Origin: Mustelus asterias
Lineage: Eukaryota
Length of the DNA stretch: 64,000 nt
Direction: 5' to 3'
Assembly (NCBI RefSeq): GCF_964213995.1
Contig: NC_135832.1
Coordinates: 1,860,001-1,924,000 of the forward strand
A program made the translations under genes and the position numbers. The notes beneath the pieces were generated by a model. It worked only from the letters and a program-made list of their open reading frames with translations, was not told where the DNA came from and ran no database searches. How positions within the stretch are numbered: position 1 is the first letter of the stretch; each line of letters begins with the position of its first letter. This document shows, one piece after another, positions 62,781-64,000 of the stretch.

Positions 62781-63971
62781 GTAGTGCAGTTGATGGCACA
62801 TATATGAATTTTAGTAAGGCGTTTGATAAAGACCCACATGGTCGGCTCATGAAGAAAGTAAGGATGTGTGGGCTAGAGGGAAGTTTGGCCGATTGGATAG
62901 GTAACTGGCTATCTAACAGAAGACAGAGGGTGGTGGTGGATGGAAAATTTTCAGACTGGAAATCGGTTACCAGCGGAGTGCCACAGGGATCAGTGCTTGG
63001 TCCTCTGCTATTTGTAATTTTTATAAATGACTTGGAGGAGGGGGCTGAAGGGTGGATCAGTAAATTTGCTGATGACACCAAAATTGGCGGAGTCGTGGAT
63101 GAAGTGGAGGGCTGTTGTAGGCTGCAAAGAGATATAGATGGGATGCAGACTGGGCTGAAAAATGGCAAATGGAGCTTAACCCTGATAAATGCGAGGTGAT
63201 TCATTTTGTTCGGACAAATTTGAATGCGGATTACAGGGTCAAAGGCAGTGTTTTGAAGAATGTGGAGGAACAGAGAGATCTGGGGTTCATATCCACAGAT
63301 CTCTGAAGGTTGCCACGAAAGTGGATAGAGCCGTGAAGAAGGCATATAGTGTGTTGGCGTTCATTAACAGGAGGTTTTAGTTTAAGAGCCGTGAGGTTAT
63401 GCTGCAACTGTATAGGACCTTGGTGAGACCACATTTGGAACATTGCGTGCAGTTCTGGTCACCTCACGATAAGAAGGATGAGGAGACACTGGAAAGAGTG
63501 CAAAGGAGATTTACTTGCATGCGGCCTGGTTTGGACGGTAGGTCTTATGAGGAAAGGTTGAGAGAACTTGGATTTTTCTCTTTGGAGTGGAGGAGGTTGA
63601 GAGGAGACTTGATACAGGTTTATAAGATGATGACGGGGACAGATAGAGTGAACGTTCAAAGACTATTTCCTCGGGTGAATGGAGCGGTAACTAGGGGGCA
63701 TAACTATAGGGTTCATAGTGGGAGATATGGGAAGGATGTCCTAGGTAGGTTTTTTACTCGGAGAGTGGTTGGGGTGTGGAATGGACTGCCTGCAGGGATA
63801 GTGGAGTCAGAAATGTTGGGAACATTTAAGAAGCTTTTGGATGGGCACATGGAGCACTTCGGGTTGATCTGGAGGAAATAGCTTAGTGTGGGTTTCAGAC
63901 AAAGCTCGGCACAACATCGTGGGCGGAATGGCCTGTTTTGTGCTGCACTGTTCTATGTTCTATGTTCTATT
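62781..63971 (+). mobile_element. 5'-truncated CR1
   Basis: [18 protein letters not shown]; TTCTATG tail. Confidence 0.92.
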
Positions 63972-64000
63972 TCCTTTGTCTTCTGAGAACGGAGAGGCGT

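Overview
Repeat-rich vertebrate genomic DNA, most likely from a shark or ray: it carries HE1-type V-SINEs, many CR1 LINEs with (TTCTATG)n tails, Penelope-like elements and a GPR139-like GPCR. Two host genes can be reconstructed by hand. (1) An apparently intact 8-exon, 339-aa minus-strand immunoglobulin-superfamily receptor (CDS 17062-28659) with leader, V domain, C1 domain, TM and a cytoplasmic tail ending in an ITIM-like PLYASL. It has an antigen-receptor-like V-C1 ectodomain but no RSS, and the ORF track shows only fragments of it. (2) A 2-exon, 326-aa GPR139-like class A GPCR (55782-58714, minus). Around the receptor lie several decayed Ig-domain relics, most clearly a tandem ~0.9-kb duplication at 10.1-12.0 kb with DSGIYYC and C1-like motifs and a V(J)-like relic at 9.6-9.9 kb, suggesting a birth-and-death IgSF cluster. 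Mobile DNA includes a full-length CR1 with both ORFs open nested inside a Penelope element, a ~99% identical truncated copy in the GPCR intron, and several Penelope pLTR-derived inserts with TSDs and minimal hammerhead-ribozyme motifs, one forming an 86-bp-arm hairpin. An assembly gap lies at 61964-62349. Boundaries of old repeats are approximate and all calls are by eye, without database searches.
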